Positions 1-13,954 of a DNA stretch of 64,000 nt are shown here, one piece after another (the stretch's first letter is position 1; every line of letters starts with the position of its first letter). A program made the position numbers and the translations under genes. Below the pieces are notes generated by a model. The model searched no databases, was not told where the DNA came from, and saw only the letters and a list, made by a program, of their open reading frames with translations. The stretch is taken from the NCBI RefSeq assembly GCF_001194135.2, contig NC_068985.1, positions 72,303,831-72,367,830 of the forward strand, written 5' to 3'. Source of the stretch: Octopus bimaculoides. Its lineage: Eukaryota.

Positions 1-3000
1 TTGTAAGCTCAAATCAATTACAGTTGTTCAATTAATTGTCTTTCTAGACAAGACTACTAACCTTATTACTTATTTACAACTTTTTGACACACTTTTCAAT
101 CCATAGCTGATGAAAGGTCCAACATGTTTAGGTTCTGTCTTCATCATTGCACCTAAACTAACTAAACTGATTTTTATTGATGCAGATCAACACTTTGAGA
201 TGAAGATTTAGTAAGCACTCCACTACCACCACCACCCGACATAAAAAGCTTCCATATCATAAAGAGAACAAAGCTCTTCAACCAGCTCAAAAAATAAACA
301 TCAGATGTTGCAAGGACTTTTAGCTTTGTGATATCTAATTAGCATTTTGGAAATAATCACACTGATCTGATTAAGTGGAAAATGTTTCTTATCTTTAGCT
401 AACATTGTTCACATCATGTTACATTCCACTCTGAAGTAGAGTTCTATGTCAGTCACATCTGTCCCCTATCAGCCTCTTATTTGACTGGTTTAGCTCTCCA
501 ACCCACTCAAAAAATAGATACCAGATGTGAGAACTTTTACCATTTTAAGACCTCTTTAGTGTAATGTCTTCTTTAGCTAACCCTGTCTTGCTTTATTTAT
601 AAATTCATTATAAATTATCTTCAGTTAAACAGATTGATATAGACTAATATAATAAAAAAGGAAATTAATATTACAATAGTATATGTATGTTTCTGCAACT
701 AGATTATATTTAAATGAAAATGTCCCTTCTAAAGTTTTGAATATTTTATCTATTTAACACTGTCAAAGAAACTAGGGAGGCTATCAGTTTCTCTTTAAGT
801 AGTGTAACTAACTATCCTGGCCTATATTGTTTCAACTACCTTAGTTTATAGCATATTAATTATCCTAGCCAGTGGTGTATTAACATTCTTATCCTATAAT
901 GTTTTAACTATTTTAGCCTATACCATCTTAACAACTTTAGCCAACAATGTTTTCACTATTTTTAGACTTTAGTATATTAACAATGGTTAGTGCTTTATCA
1001 TTCTTAGCAAGTAGTGTTTTTCAAATCCTAATGTCTTGTCTTTGCTTACAATGTTTTCACAGACATGTTCTATAGGTTTTAACCATCTTGGCCTGTACCG
1101 GTACCAATCTATATCCTGTAGTGTTATACAATCTGTTTTTAATGACTTTGGTATCAGATTGAAATGAACATGTCAAGTGGTTTCTATAGTGTCCAGTTCA
1201 CTTTAAAAACAACCTTCTCAAGGTTAGAACTCTCACAATCACAGGGTTTCTAACTATATGTGAGCAACATATTGTGCAATACTGAGTAGTGTTTCTGGAG
1301 GGGGAACATCATGTTAATACAGGACTGAAACAACTGATTTACTGCTTATCTTATCAAACATGGAAAAATGGATGTAAAATTGATGGTGATAGCTTTTCTA
1401 TGAATAATAATGGCTTTAAACAGTTTTATCCTTTTTGTCCTTACCATTTCTTTTTAGATATTGTATCAGAATTATATTATATAATGTTCCCTTTCTTTTT
1501 CTATGGCAACAGGGTGTAAATAAAGGAAGATTTGGTTGCTATTTCTAGCAGGTCGAACAATCACATAGAGTCTCTCTTGTTTGGTTAGTTTATTTCAGCT
1601 TCACTTTTAAGATATTATTTTGTGAAAATTTTCACATAATTTTAATTAAGTGGAAATGTTATCTAAGTGGAAATGTTAGGGAAATTCCCTTCATGTTTCA
1701 TATATTCTGAAGTAAAGTCTTGTCTCATCTGTCCCCTATCAACTTTTATAATGCCCTCTCTTTATATATTAATAATTCTTATTTCATTAATATTCTTATA
1801 ATGATTTAGGAAATAGCGTTCTGCATAAATTGTTAAGTAATATTAATTCTGTGATTTCCTTACTCTGGTGTGCCAAATTTACAGTATAATTATTTGCTAT
1901 TTCTTGTTGCTGCCACCTATCTGTCTCTTCCAAATTTGGAGCATTTGTGTTCCAGAAGAGAAGAAAACAGTAATAAGCTTTCTTTAACTAGATTAATTAG
2001 TGATGACAGCTGACACCTCTCACTCACATTGTCTTCATATTCTAGTAAAAAAAGGAAAAGAAAGAAATAACTGTTTTTATATTCACCCAGTTTAACACTA
2101 CCTTTGAGTACTTTTAGCAGAGTTCATTCATTCAGATCAGGTCTCCAATCTTAGAATAACTACCTTTCTTCCTCCCAGCAATCTCAGAGGCCCTAAAAAT
2201 ATCATGGGCACATTTATTGAAAAAGGTATTTTAAGTTGAAATAAACACAATTTATTTGCCAAGAATGAAGCAAATTAATTTAAAAGTCCAATGTTTGGCA
2301 CTGCAACAATGCTAATAGTCATACATCATTTTCACCTGACACAACCAATTTTCAGTGGAGAAGTGGAATATTTTTCTTGGTATTTTACTCTGCTCTATAT
2401 TTTTGTCTATTCTTAAAGATATGAAAGGCAAAATGACATTGTATTTTTGAACTCAGAACAAACTACTAAACTTGTGAATTTTTAACAATTATTTTTTATA
2501 TCAGAGGAGGGTAGGAAATGCTAATGATATCTTTCAAGTATTCCATAGCTGATAAGAGGAAGCAAGGAAGTTATTCTCAAACCACAGACCTAACCTGGAT
2601 GCTTGCAACTTAGTGAACAGCCAAAGGCTGGTAGTTGTGTTATAAAGGACAACAGATTAAGTCTGTAATCAAAGAACAAGGAAAACCTTGCCAACAAAAC
2701 CCCCCACAATTTTCATTCCTAAGGCTTTAGTCAATTCAATGTTACTATAACAGACAGTTGCCTAGGATAGTATTAACTTAAAACTATGTAATTGTGAAGC
2801 AAACTTATCCACACAGCCATGCTAATGCCCAGATATGTCAAAATAGGAGAATCTGCCTTAACTTCTGACTGCAAAAGCATTTTACTTATTATAAGGAAAG
2901 GACTTTTGCATTAGCTGAGTTAGCAGAATAGAGGACAAAATACCATAAGGTATTTACTTATGGGCCTTTACTCTCTAAGTTCAGTTCTGCTAATCTTAAC

Positions 3001-3174
3001 TTCTTGAATCAATGAAATAAAATATTAGTCAAAAACTTTTTATTATTGATTCACATTGGTTTAAATTTCTAAAATTTGTAATGGCTTAAATTAAAATTTT
3101 TATTATTTGAATTGATATCAGTTTAACTGACCATACTTCTCCCCACAAAACACATAAGCTTGTGCCATTATTAA

Positions 3175-3756
3175 CCCTGTCACACCATGTTCCTGCTGTA
3201 GCAGAAATAGCTTAAATGTCATCTCTGCCAAATTCCCACTGAAGGAATAATGAACAGCATGCATAGAAAAAGAAGATAGAATACTAAAATTAGACAACTG
3301 ATCATGTTGCAGCTTTGTAATCAAGCGCATTTATGACCCATTGTTAATGGTGTCCTCCATAGCTGTTGTTTTTTTAATCAAAAAAAAATTGGGGCATGAA
3401 AGGAATGTATGATGAGCCCAGCACTTTGTGGTGTAAATGAGCAAGGCCTAGACTCTTTACTGTTGAGGAAATTATTGATGATATTTATTCTTCAGATGAA
3501 GAGTTTACACTTACACCAGTAATAAGAATGATTCGAACAATCAATATGGTAAAAGTGATGAGGAAAGTAGCAATTCAGGTGAACAAATACGACAGTTGAG
3601 AGATAGGTCTATTGTTATTCTCCTGAATTTTTATGTGATTCTTCCATTAGTTTGCCTACAGTCATTACTCTTAAGCTGTACATGCAATTACTTTTTTTTT
3701 TTCCTAAGGAACCTAGGTGGAGGGTAAAGTTAGACACGGACCCAAGTCTGAGAGGG
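3175..3756 (+). mobile_element. piggyBac-like non-autonomous element
   Basis: TTAA|CCCTGTCACA ... TCTGAGAGGG|TTAA termini. Interior has an acidic coding-like remnant (FTVEEIIDDIYSSDEEF; DEESSNSGEQ) reminiscent of a piggyBac transposase N-terminus. Confidence 0.55.
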
Positions 3757-4399
3757 TTAACGAATGAGGCATCATGGTGTTATGTGATGGTAACTCAAAA
3801 CTAAATCTTAGAGGTTTATTACGCCATCTTACTGAAGTAAGAATAAAACAGATTAGTAAAAGAATACTTTATAGAAAAACCTAAGTTTTATTTTAAAAAA
3901 TAATGAGATATGCTTATGTTTTGTTTCATAAATGCCAAGAAACTTATCTTTATTCAGTTTATGAGCTGCTGGGATTTTACATTTCATTGTCTATTCAAGA
4001 ACACAGCATTAATGGCCCCTGTGTGTATTATTATAAAATACAGAAACTAAGATTCTACACTTTGTTGAATGTATCCAGTTTTTTGGTAGTGTTAGCTTGG
4101 GACAAACATCGTGATAAAAATCTCCATGCACATGTAAAAAAAAAAGTTTTTAAAATAAACATCACAGTTGATGCAAGCAGAAAATTGTAATTTCATTTGT
4201 TTTTTGCTTGCATATGTATTTCTCTTTTTAATGCTTTCAAACAATAAAATCCACAAGAAAGTTACAGCATATATTTAGACTAAGTTTAACTCCATTCATA
4301 GAAGAGGTGTAAAAATTCTATTTAACTCACTTCATTGAATGGTAATCTCTTGCTTCAGAAAGTGTAGGAACATGTAAATCAATAAGATTGATCCTAGTA

Positions 4400-4650
4400 T
4401 AATACTGATTTCTTTTTATTGATTTCTTATTCATGAAGTAGAGGAACAAACAATCAATCAGTAGTGTTGCACTCACTATATTACTGGTATTTTTTTTATT
4501 GATTTCTCACTTCAAGGAGGAGAGAAACAAGTAATTACTAGGATTGATGCCACTGTTAATGGTTCCTATTTTTATTGTTTTCTTACTTCAGGGAGTAGAG
4601 AAACAAAATAGAATTGAATCAATATATTACCAATATTTATTTTTATTGCT
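4400..4650. repeat. Degenerate ~78-bp tandem repeat, 3-4 units
   Basis: Recurring tttttattg(a/t)tttct..cttca.g.ag.agag.aacaa. Confidence 0.6.
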
Positions 4651-4984
4651 GTCTTTAACAACTAATCAATTGAAACACAAGAATCCATGGAAGCAAATGA
4701 TAGTCTGTGTCAGCAAATAGTAAAAAATGCTCATAAAATGGAATAAATTATTTTGCTATGAGGAAGAGTATTTTAACAATTCTCGAAGAACCCTACATCT
4801 GAGAGAGACGGGGATGGGTTAAATATTTACTAGAAGTGTGGGAAAAATAGATTAGAAGTGGTGAAAGTTGAAACAAAAATTTATCAGTGATGAATAGTAA
4901 AATATAAGGAAGAGTTTAGAGGAAACAAATGTTGGTTGGAGAGAAACAGTCAAAGGGTGGAGAAAATCAACAAGAACATTGGCA

Positions 4985-5340
4985 TCAACATCATCATCAA
5001 CATCATCATGATACATTCACTTTCTGATATGGGTTGGACAGATTGTCATGGTTTGAGTCAGTTCTTCAAAGTTACTAGTTTCCTAAGTATGGGTAGAGAA
5101 CCTCTTCTTGCTCATTTTCTTTTGGCATGCTTTTTGCAGTTGGATTCATTTCTTGTCACTAACCCCTTCACAGGCTTAACTGGATGCATTTTATCATGGC
5201 ACAAGCACTAGAGAGTAGTCATGTCCTCAGAAAGTTACTTGCAAAGTCTTCGCTCAAATGCCACCACTTTATAAAGATCACTGGGTGCATTTTATAGTGG
5301 AACCAACTCTAACGAGGCTTCTTTGTATACTGCAAGACAA
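4985..5340 (-). mobile_element. Degraded RTE-related 3' end
   Basis: (CAT)n tail, gggttggac motif and aagttacttgcaaag motif. Confidence 0.5.
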
Positions 5341-5539
5341 AAGAAGGTTCTCACTGCTCTACATTCATTTTGGATAGTGTGAGCAATAGACTGAATAGGA
5401 GAGACAATGACTGCAGAAGATAGATTAGAGTGAGAGGGGAAAATAGAGAGGATGAAGGGGAAAACAGTGGTATTTGGTGTGATAGTGTGGAAGAGGTGAG
5501 AGAAGTTGGTGACATTTCTAGAGGATTAATGAAGAGAAA

Positions 5540-5884
5540 CAGTATAGACTACCCTTGGTGGTCCATACAGAATTTTATGGGGTTCATGTAAGCAAGATAG
5601 TAAATTGGGGATCCACAGTAGTATTTAAGGGTCTGTGAAAAAATTTTGCATGAAACAATTTGGTTTCCTATTCTAATGTTTAACATGTTCACAGACACTG
5701 AAACATGATCTCTTAGAGGGTGCTATTGCAAACCTATACAAGTGAACATGTGATAAAGAAAATAGGAATTTTGAAAGAATTATCTATAATACTAGGTTTT
5801 AAATGACTATGGGGGGGGTCCACCAGGATAAAACAGTAATCAAAGTGTTCCAAAGATTAAAAAAAAAACGGTTGAAAACTATTG
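5540..5884. mobile_element. hAT-like MITE remnant
   Basis: Right end GGTTGAAAACTATTG resembles the CAGTGGTTCTCAACC terminus. GGGGTCCAC subterminal motifs. Left end degraded. Confidence 0.45.
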
Positions 5885-5985
5885 ATGTAGAGTGTAAATA
5901 AGAAAAAAATAAGAGGAAGGGGAGGTCATTAAGATCAAGAAAAAACATACATATACATAGCTTAGTGCATGCATGTGTATATACA

Positions 5986-6316
5986 AAAAGAGTAAAGACT
6001 CCTTTCAGTCATGGGATTGCACCAAGAAGTTCCTCTGAGGCACACATCCAGGCAAGGTTGTTTATAGAAGACCAGCAGTTGCCCATGCATACCAGTCTGC
6101 CTTCTCCATGCCACCAATGTTATCCAAGGGAAAGGCAAATCCTGATACAGGTTGGCACCAGTGATGTCACAACTCATTTCTAGGCAGAGTGAACTTGAGC
6201 AGTGTGAAGTAAAGTGTCTTGCTCAAGAATATAACACTCAGCCTGGTCTGGGAACCGAACTCACTACTTCATGATTATGAGCCAGATGCTCTAACCACTG
6301 AGCCATGCACTTTCAC
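5986..6316 (-). mobile_element. tRNA-derived SINE family E
   Basis: Minus-strand head TGGCTCAGTGGTTAGAG (A box) and GAGTTCGGTTCCC (B box), followed by a ttcttgagcaagacactt core-type segment. Confidence 0.82.
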
Positions 6317-7039
6317 TATATACGTATACATAGCTATATATATATATATGTGTGTGTGTATTTTTCTTGAATTTTTCTTAGACATCAACATACATTTGTT
6401 CAAACTAAATATCAAAGCTATTTCTCTCTCACCAAAAGGATTCTTTGAACTAAACTGGAAAAACATTAATTTTGGCATAATGGTTATGACATTAAAATGC
6501 TACATTGTTAACTATATGGCCATTAATTCAAATCTTAAAGTAGCAATTGTGATGTGCTCCTAAGAAAAGAAAGAATTCTGCAGAGTCCAGTTTGCTTGAC
6601 TGAACAAAAATGAGGGTTCAACATTAATTTCACAACAGTGTCGTGAGCAGTAGAGGGCATTTAATTGTAAAAACAGTTTTTCCATCAAATAAACCACCCA
6701 TTTAGTTATGCATGCATAAAAAGGAATGTAAATTTGTAAAATATATGTATGTAAGCATGTGTGTGTGTGTGTGTGTGTGTGAATATGCAAATATGTATGT
6801 CTATGTGTTTGTATGGGTGTGCAACAGATAAAGAATGAATTTGAGTACATTTTTATCTTTAGTTACAATTGTTTCGGCACCCCTCCATTTCTAATGCTAG
6901 GATGTCAATGATTCCATGTGAAAAGTTCCACAATATTTGCAGTTAGTTATATTGGAAACATACTGACTTTCTACACTCTCTCTATATATGTGTGTGTGTG
7001 TAAATACAACAATCACATGGATTTTATGACTATTTTCCT

Positions 7040-7562
7040 AGCTAAAACAGGGGGTTAACCTTGCTGGGTTCCAAGGCAGTCTTCTCCATTTTTCCATATC
7101 TTCTTAATGCCCTCTCACTAAGCCCTTGCCCTCATTAGCTCCTTCATCAACTTTAGCCATATTTTTCTTGGTTCACTCCTTCCTCTACTTCCACATTGAT
7201 TTCTACTACTGCTCTCCAGAGTGGAGAAGAGTGACAGAAATCTTTCGACCTTCCTCAACATGATCTGGCCTTGTTCTCATCATTCTCTACAATTCATTGT
7301 TTGACTTCCTCTCTGAATTATCCTTGTTTCAATTCTTTTCAACCTTTACTACTGCACCACATTCATCCACCTCTCTCTCCTATAACAAAGCACTTTTCAC
7401 ACATGCATTTTTAGTGACATTACCCTCTTCATTAGCATGTCACTAAGTTCCTGGAATTTCTTCTATGTACATTTCACTCTAGCCTCTGTCATCAAGTCTG
7501 ATCTGCCTTCTTCATTCAACATGTCTCTTAAGTAGTTACAAAGCAAACTTATCCACACTGGA
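7040..7562 (-). mobile_element. RTE-type LINE ORF2 C-terminal fragment
   Basis: Minus strand gives degenerate VDKF.(C)YLRDMLNEEG..., ARVKC..KKFQELS and CVKSALL, typical of the RTE RT tail. Confidence 0.7.
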
Positions 7563-7769
7563 GATATGCCTGTGGCTAGGCATGTCAATATAGAAGCAGC
7601 TGTCTAAGCTTCTGACTTTTATCAAGTTTTAGTTACAAAGAAACAAGAAAGAAGAGAGATAAGAAAGGAACAGAAACAAAAAAGGAAAAAAGATGGAGGG
7701 GTAAAGCAGCAGAAGAAAGAGAGAGGGAGTGTGATGGGCCACATATCCCAGAACAAGTTGGGTGCTCAT

Positions 7770-7880
7770 CTCCACCACACAGTAATGATTCAATGGCATT
7801 GCTGCAGAGAATGGTCAATGACACTTGCTGCAGCAACCACTCCAACTCACTGGGCTCATTTCTCCAATGGGCCACCATTA
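7770..7880 (-). mobile_element. Second CRE-like LINE C-terminal fragment
   Basis: EPSELEWLLQQVSLTILCSNA aligns with ETHELEWLFEHIFLAILCGN at 48116-48230. Confidence 0.5.
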
Positions 7881-8335
7881 TCCCTACTTTTCAAGAAAGT
7901 AGCAGTGGGTTGACAGAATTAAAAGAACATTAAACATCAGCCTTTTTCCTTTCCTTGCTAAGTTCAAATCCCACTGATCCCACAACTTTGCCTTTCATCT
8001 TTCTGGTGGTATATTTATACATAAGATACAATTTCATGGCTCTAAGCTATTGACATAAATTTCCTCTATGGGCAGCTTGCTAGTACTTATCTGTTACTTG
8101 CAAGTAAGTATGACCTGATAGCTTGTACCACGATTTTGTTATTTGCTTTAGATACTTGTGCAGACATAGACATCTTTTCAACCTACTACCATTGACCCAG
8201 CAGGAACATTGACGATGTAACTACTGGAGAATGAGACAGTTACTCTAGCAGCCAGGTTCACGTCTTTAAGTACACAGACTGGAGCAGTGTGAAATGAGGT
8301 ACCTTAATCAACAAGCTGCCTGTTCCAAAGATCAA

Positions 8336-8557
8336 CCCTTTAGCATTCAAATCAGCCATATCCAGCCCAAATATTCTACTTGTTTTATGTTCATAGTAGC
8401 CAGATCTGGCTTCTAATGCTAACCTTACAATATCATTCTTTCTAAAAATTATACAATCACTTTGTCAAAATCTCAAAGCTACAAGATAATACATGATTAA
8501 TTCAAAACAATACGAAAGAATAATTATATATGACAAAGTAATCTGAATGCTAAAGGA
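8336..8557 (+). mobile_element. piggyBac-like MITE family F, copy 1
   Basis: CCCTTTAGCATT...AATGCTAAAGGA ends with TCAA/TTAA flanks. Homologous to copies at 13544, 34145 and 59014. Confidence 0.75.
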
Positions 8558-8579
8558 TTAAACTCACAACTTTATGATC

Positions 8580-8730
8580 ATGAGCTCACACATCCTAACC
8601 ACTAAGACCTTCATTAATATATTGTAACAATTATATGAGCTCACTCATCCTAACCTTCACTAGTATACTATAAGTAACAATATATGAGCTCACATATCTC
8701 AACCTTCACTAGTATATTGTAGGTAGCACT
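8580..8730. repeat. ~48-bp tandem repeat, 3 units
   Basis: atgagctcac(a/t)cat(c)ctaaccttcactagtata.t(g)taa repeated. Confidence 0.75.
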
Positions 8731-9543
8731 CCCTAAAGATCTAGTACTTATTCTTAATTGCTCTGTAATTCTTAAACAAGACTTTCTCTTCTGGCAATGT
8801 ATTCAGCACTTAAACCCAGTATACTATTGATACTAATTTCATTAACACCAACATAAACAAGTCATAGACAACTTCTGTATTTTTAGGACATTAATGAGAA
8901 ACTTATTCATTACCAAATTGTTTCCGAAACATGCAAAATGGAGTTTAGTTACTCAATCAAAACTACGTACCAATGGAACGATATATCTCTTTTATTAAAT
9001 TATTTGGCCTTGTATACCTCCAGTATAATGTCAGTGTGACATATCTTCAATCAAGAAAGAACTATTTTAATGATGAATTTAGTTTGTAATATTAATCATG
9101 AGGAATAAGAATATGCTTCTGCAAAAATAAACAGAAAACACTTCAGCTTTATAAAATGAGACAAGTAAAATTAACGTCCCTTCTTCCTTCTTCCTCTACC
9201 AACACCCTTACCACTTAGATTGCAATGTTTAAACTAAGTATTTGGCTGTAGCCCTATTAATTAATTCTTTATATTTTTCAATAGAAAGGTAACTGGAGAT
9301 GTAGCTTCACATTACATTTCTATCATCGTGTTTAAAGGTAGGATAATATATTTAGAAGATCAGATGTTGAATAGAAAGAAAATAAAATAAAATGTTCAGT
9401 CTTATGAGAGAGCCTCTGATTGATCACTCAGCCTGCTGAAAATAACAGCTAAATCTCTTTCAAATCAATATAACCTCAGACTGACCTTGTGATTTGAAAG
9501 CTGATTGATGGACCCTGTGCAGCAGCCACACACACACACTCTT

Positions 9544-9578
<35 letters not shown>

Positions 9579-9660
9579 TATAGATATGAGACCTAAGTCA
9601 GGAAAACTTCAATAAATAGGTTTGCCAATGCAGACAGGAAAAATAGAACTCAAAGCACAA

Positions 9661-9694
<34 letters not shown>

Positions 9695-9746
9695 ATATAT
9701 AATGATAATAATAATAATAATAATAATAATAATAGCAATAATAATA

Positions 9747-9863
9747 ATATTTGGCAGAAGTAACCGAGTGACTCAAGGGCCAAGAGTTTCGTGCATTAGT
9801 TTGTTAAGTGCTAACACATGAAACTCTCAGCCCTTGAGATGCTCTGTTACTTCTGCCAAATAT
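9747..9863. repeat. 117-bp hairpin / palindromic MITE-like element
   Basis: 53-bp arms (ATATTTGGCAGAAGTAAC...TTAG / CTAA...GTTACTTCTGCCAAATAT) with 9 DNA mismatches and an 11-nt loop. Adjacent to a (TAA)n tract. Confidence 0.85.
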
Positions 9864-11142
9864 CTATAAAAAATATACACTTTAATGAATAGAGATCCCT
9901 GAAATGAATCCCAGACTAACTACTGGGGTTGAGATAATTAACTCAATCCTTTAAGATGGTGTTCCAGTATGGCCTCAATCCAGTGACTGAAACCCATGAA
10001 AGAATATAAAAATTAGCCAAGTATTTACTAAATAACAGGCTTATTTTTAACGTAATTCTACCAAATGTTTATGCATGTCTTGCATCTGCAGAAACTGAAA
10101 AAATATCTGTTGAAGAATCTTAAGTCTTAAACTATATATTTCCATTTTCCTTTGTGTGAAAATGGTTTATCTATTGTTCAGCTGAATCTGTCACATGATC
10201 TTGATGGTTCCTTTTGCCATTCTTTCAACTTAACTGAATTTGCCATCAACCCTAATTATTGGAAAGAACTTTGAAACATTTTACACCTTTGATGCTTGGC
10301 ACAGTTAAAAGACCAACTATTCTAATGTAGATTTGTAGAAAACACTCTCTTTAATCAAAATATGCTATGCAAGAAGAGCCTTCAGCATATTTGCTAGCCC
10401 TGTCATCCATAATTTTCAGCTCAGCGCATGCTGACATGTTTTAAATGCTGTAACATGTCAATAGAAACTGGAAGTGGAAGGTTGGATTTAGACAGGAAAA
10501 AATAAAGCAGAGAAAAGGAGGGTAGTAAAAAAAATCTGCTGAGTCAAGAGAAAATATTTTGTAAGAGAACAATAACATATTGAATCTACAGCCATCAAAG
10601 AAACACTTTTAATAAATATTTCTTTTTTTCTGATATCACCATTGGTAATTTATTTTTGCATAAGACATTCATTCACAGTGAATAAAATCAAACTGAAATA
10701 TGTTGGAGATAGCAGTAGTAGTAGAGCTACCTCTACTGAAACTACTTAATCAAAGAATAGGTTCTTTCTTAAATGAAAGAAGGTTCTCTCTGATTGTTTG
10801 ACCTGTTAGAAAAAACAGCCAAATCACACCTTTATCATCTTGAAATTAAAAGAAGGTTGCATTAGATAATGTTGCCCTCATTACACTATCTTTGATAAAA
10901 AGAAAAAAAACATAATGGTCATTTTTTTGCCTTAATCAGAGCTGATCTAGAGCTAAACAATCACGATGATACATCCTTTCTCAAATCATCAGCAAGAGAA
11001 CCCTTTTATTGTTACATACATGACCTACTAGAAATAGCATTCAACCAAATATTCCTCAAATCATGCCCTAGGATCTTTGGGGTGGGTGGGAAAGCAACAT
11101 CTAGTAGTGTAAATTTAGATGCACTCCATTTAATGAAAATAT

Positions 11143-11351
11143 TGGTTTCAAATCTGACACAAGGCCAGCAGTTTTGGGGAAGAGGGAAAATCGATTACAC
11201 TGACCCCAGTGCTCAACTGGTACTTATTTTATTGACTCTGAAAGGATGAAAGGTAAAGTCAGTGGAATTCAAACTCAGAACGTAAAGATGGACAAAATGC
11301 CACTAAAGCATTTTGCCTGGCATGATAATGATTCTGCCAGCTCACCACTTA
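11143..11351 (-). mobile_element. tRNA-derived SINE family B
   Basis: Core actttgcctttcatcc..gggtcgataa..aagtaccagttg in reverse, resembling the MetaSINE-type central domain (inference). B box GAGTTCAAAT. Confidence 0.8.
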
Positions 11352-13543
11352 TCTGAAGAAAATATTAAAAAAAGAATTTAAATTGGAAGGTCATGGTCAG
11401 AACACTCTTTAATCAAGTTCTGCTTTTGCTGGAACTCAACAGCAACATTGATTCTTTCTATCATTGAGTCAGTGACTGATAGAAAGCCATTTCAGATTAT
11501 CACAGAACTTGGAAAATGAAATAGCCAGGTTAACCCTTTTATGACTATCCTTTAACTATTAGTTCACCTAAAAGCTTCATCAATATTTAATATGTTCAAG
11601 TCACATGTATGGCTGTGTAGTTGAGAAATGTGTTTCTCAACTACACTGATTCAGATTCAATTTCACTGCATAGCACTTAAGACATCTTCTACCATAGCCT
11701 CAGATAGACCAAAAGTTTGAGAATAAAATTGGGTTGAAGGAAACTGTGTGGAAGCCCATCAGAGAGACTTTCTATTTTTGAGATTGTAGATTCAACTTGC
11801 TACCCAGTTTAACACCTCTACTTGATCATTGGGAATCTTTAGTGGACTCCATTCTGTTACTGGCATTCTACCCAGGTCTCCAGTCTGGTAATAATTTACT
11901 TCCACCAGTTTCAGAAATCCTGAAAAGAGTGTTGTTCTTTATCCTTGGAACTAGATTTTGGAGGTGTTTAGTAAAATGGTGTGCATTCACTTTACAATCA
12001 CATGGTTTCAGTTTCAGTCTTACTCTGAAGCAGTGAAGGTTTGCAACAAGAAAATCTTCCAGTCATAGAAAATCTGCTTTAATATTTTTCGTCTGACTCA
12101 TTCAAGCATGGAAAAGTAGCCATTAAAACAATGATGATGAGTGTATATTAGACTAGTGTTAACTGATTGAAAACTCATTATTCATATTCTAATCAAATTT
12201 TGATTGAGATTTTAATTTAAATATGAACACTTTACTATGAGCAATCTGGGTTAAGAGAGGTACCAAGAAAAAGATTAGTATGATTAATATCAAATTTACC
12301 ATTAGAAAAATTGCTGTGTTAGCAGATATCACATTGTGATTGACTTAGAGGTACCAGTATATTTCAAGGGTTTAATGATTGAGCTTGCTGCCATTTAGGA
12401 AATTTGTTCTGCGTTTCCTAGAACTGTCATTCTTTTAGCAGTAGCAGCAACAAATATCAATATGCTATCTTTTAAGAACTGAACTTTACTTATATATTAA
12501 ATGATTCTGTATCCTTGCAAGTCTTATAACACCGCCATCATTTATAATTTTCAATATGGCTTTTTAATTAGACTACTTAATTATTACAAGCCATCATCTT
12601 TGATTTAAAGCTAAAGCTTAATTTTTCTCTTTTGTTAATTTTATAGAAAACAGGAAACAATGTTTTTGTTTAATTCCAGATCACCTCCAATCAAATGAAT
12701 CTGTGTTCTAGAGTTTTTCAGCTATAGTATATTTAGTGTCACATTAGGCAATTTCATTTTTCCTTAAGCCTTGACTTTTATTTCTGGGAGGTTGAGTTAC
12801 CACAAAAGAGAATCCTCTGTTGGCCTGTGAAAATATATATTTCTTATCTACCTATCCATATCAAATTGTAAAGTAGGAATACAAATATAACCTATACTCA
12901 GAGGTGCTTTTAACAGACTTTGTTTCATGACATTAAGCAGATATGAAACAAATCTTCCCACTAGATAGAATGTCAGTCATTGACGCTTAATATTCTCTTA
13001 TGAATTGGTTCCTATCTTCAAAGTGTGGGGGAACTGAGGTAACACAGAGTAAAACATTCTACTCCAGAAACATTGTGATTAAAGATAAATATCCTTCTCA
13101 GTAGATAGGATGGTAGTCTATCTCAGACATTCCAAGTTGATCTACTGCTTGTTCTAAAGTCTTAGGTGAACTGAAAGTAAATTTTAATAAAGTGTCCTGA
13201 CCCAGATACACAATGAAACATCTAAGTGAATTTGAATTCATGAACAGATAGTTCAGGACTTTATCCACAATTGCTTAGAATCCTTAGCCATTTGATGTGA
13301 TTCTCAGGCAGGATCTGTGTGACTTTGAATTATAAGTACAGTCTATGCAATGTTATTCACAAAGTCTGATTTCTCCAAAGCTATAGGAAATGACACTTTC
13401 CTGAAATATCACACTGGGATTGAACTAGAAGCCTCATGATTGTAAACAGAGTTTCATAAACATTTGTCTATGCCTAAAGTATGAGATCCTTCAATAAACA
13501 AGCTAGAGTATAAAATCTTATATCTTAGTCAATACAATATTAA

Positions 13544-13761
13544 CCCTTTAGATTACTCTATCAAATGTAATGCTTATTTATTCATACATATTGTTTTGAA
13601 TTAATCATGCTTTATCTCATAGCTTTGATATTTCAATGATGTGATTGTTTATTTTTTAGAATGACATTGTAGGATAGGTGTAAGAGGCCAGATCTAGTTA
13701 GTCTGAACATGAAACAGGTATAATATTTGGACTGGATATGGCTGGTTTAGATGCTAAAGGG
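13544..13761 (-). mobile_element. piggyBac-like MITE family F, copy 2
   Basis: TTAA|CCCTTTAG ... ATGCTAAAGGG|TCAA. Reverse complement of the 8336 copy. Confidence 0.78.
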
Positions 13762-13954
13762 TCAAGCGATGAAGCCTACTGTGAATAAAGATCATGTCAT
13801 AACTGCAAACAAATTTAATCATAGGTCTTACCAAATAAGGATTAGCTTGGGATTAAACAGCAAGGTCAACAATAATTAGCTCATTTTCTGCTATCTTCAG
13901 TCCAATGGAAGTTGTTTAGTCCTGTGTCTACTTTGAATGAATAAAATATAATAA

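Noticed and set aside
100-160. ccatagCTGATGAAAGG... and similar ccatagCTGATAAGAG...CTCAAAC at about 2545-2590 as further hammerheads
   Set aside because: The GAAA half and the stems are missing or too degraded to support a fold.
800-8730. Spaced tandem repeats (about 800-1100, 4400-4650, 8580-8730) as CRISPR-like arrays
   Set aside because: Units are whole-length degenerate duplicates without unique spacers, in a eukaryotic context with no cas genes.
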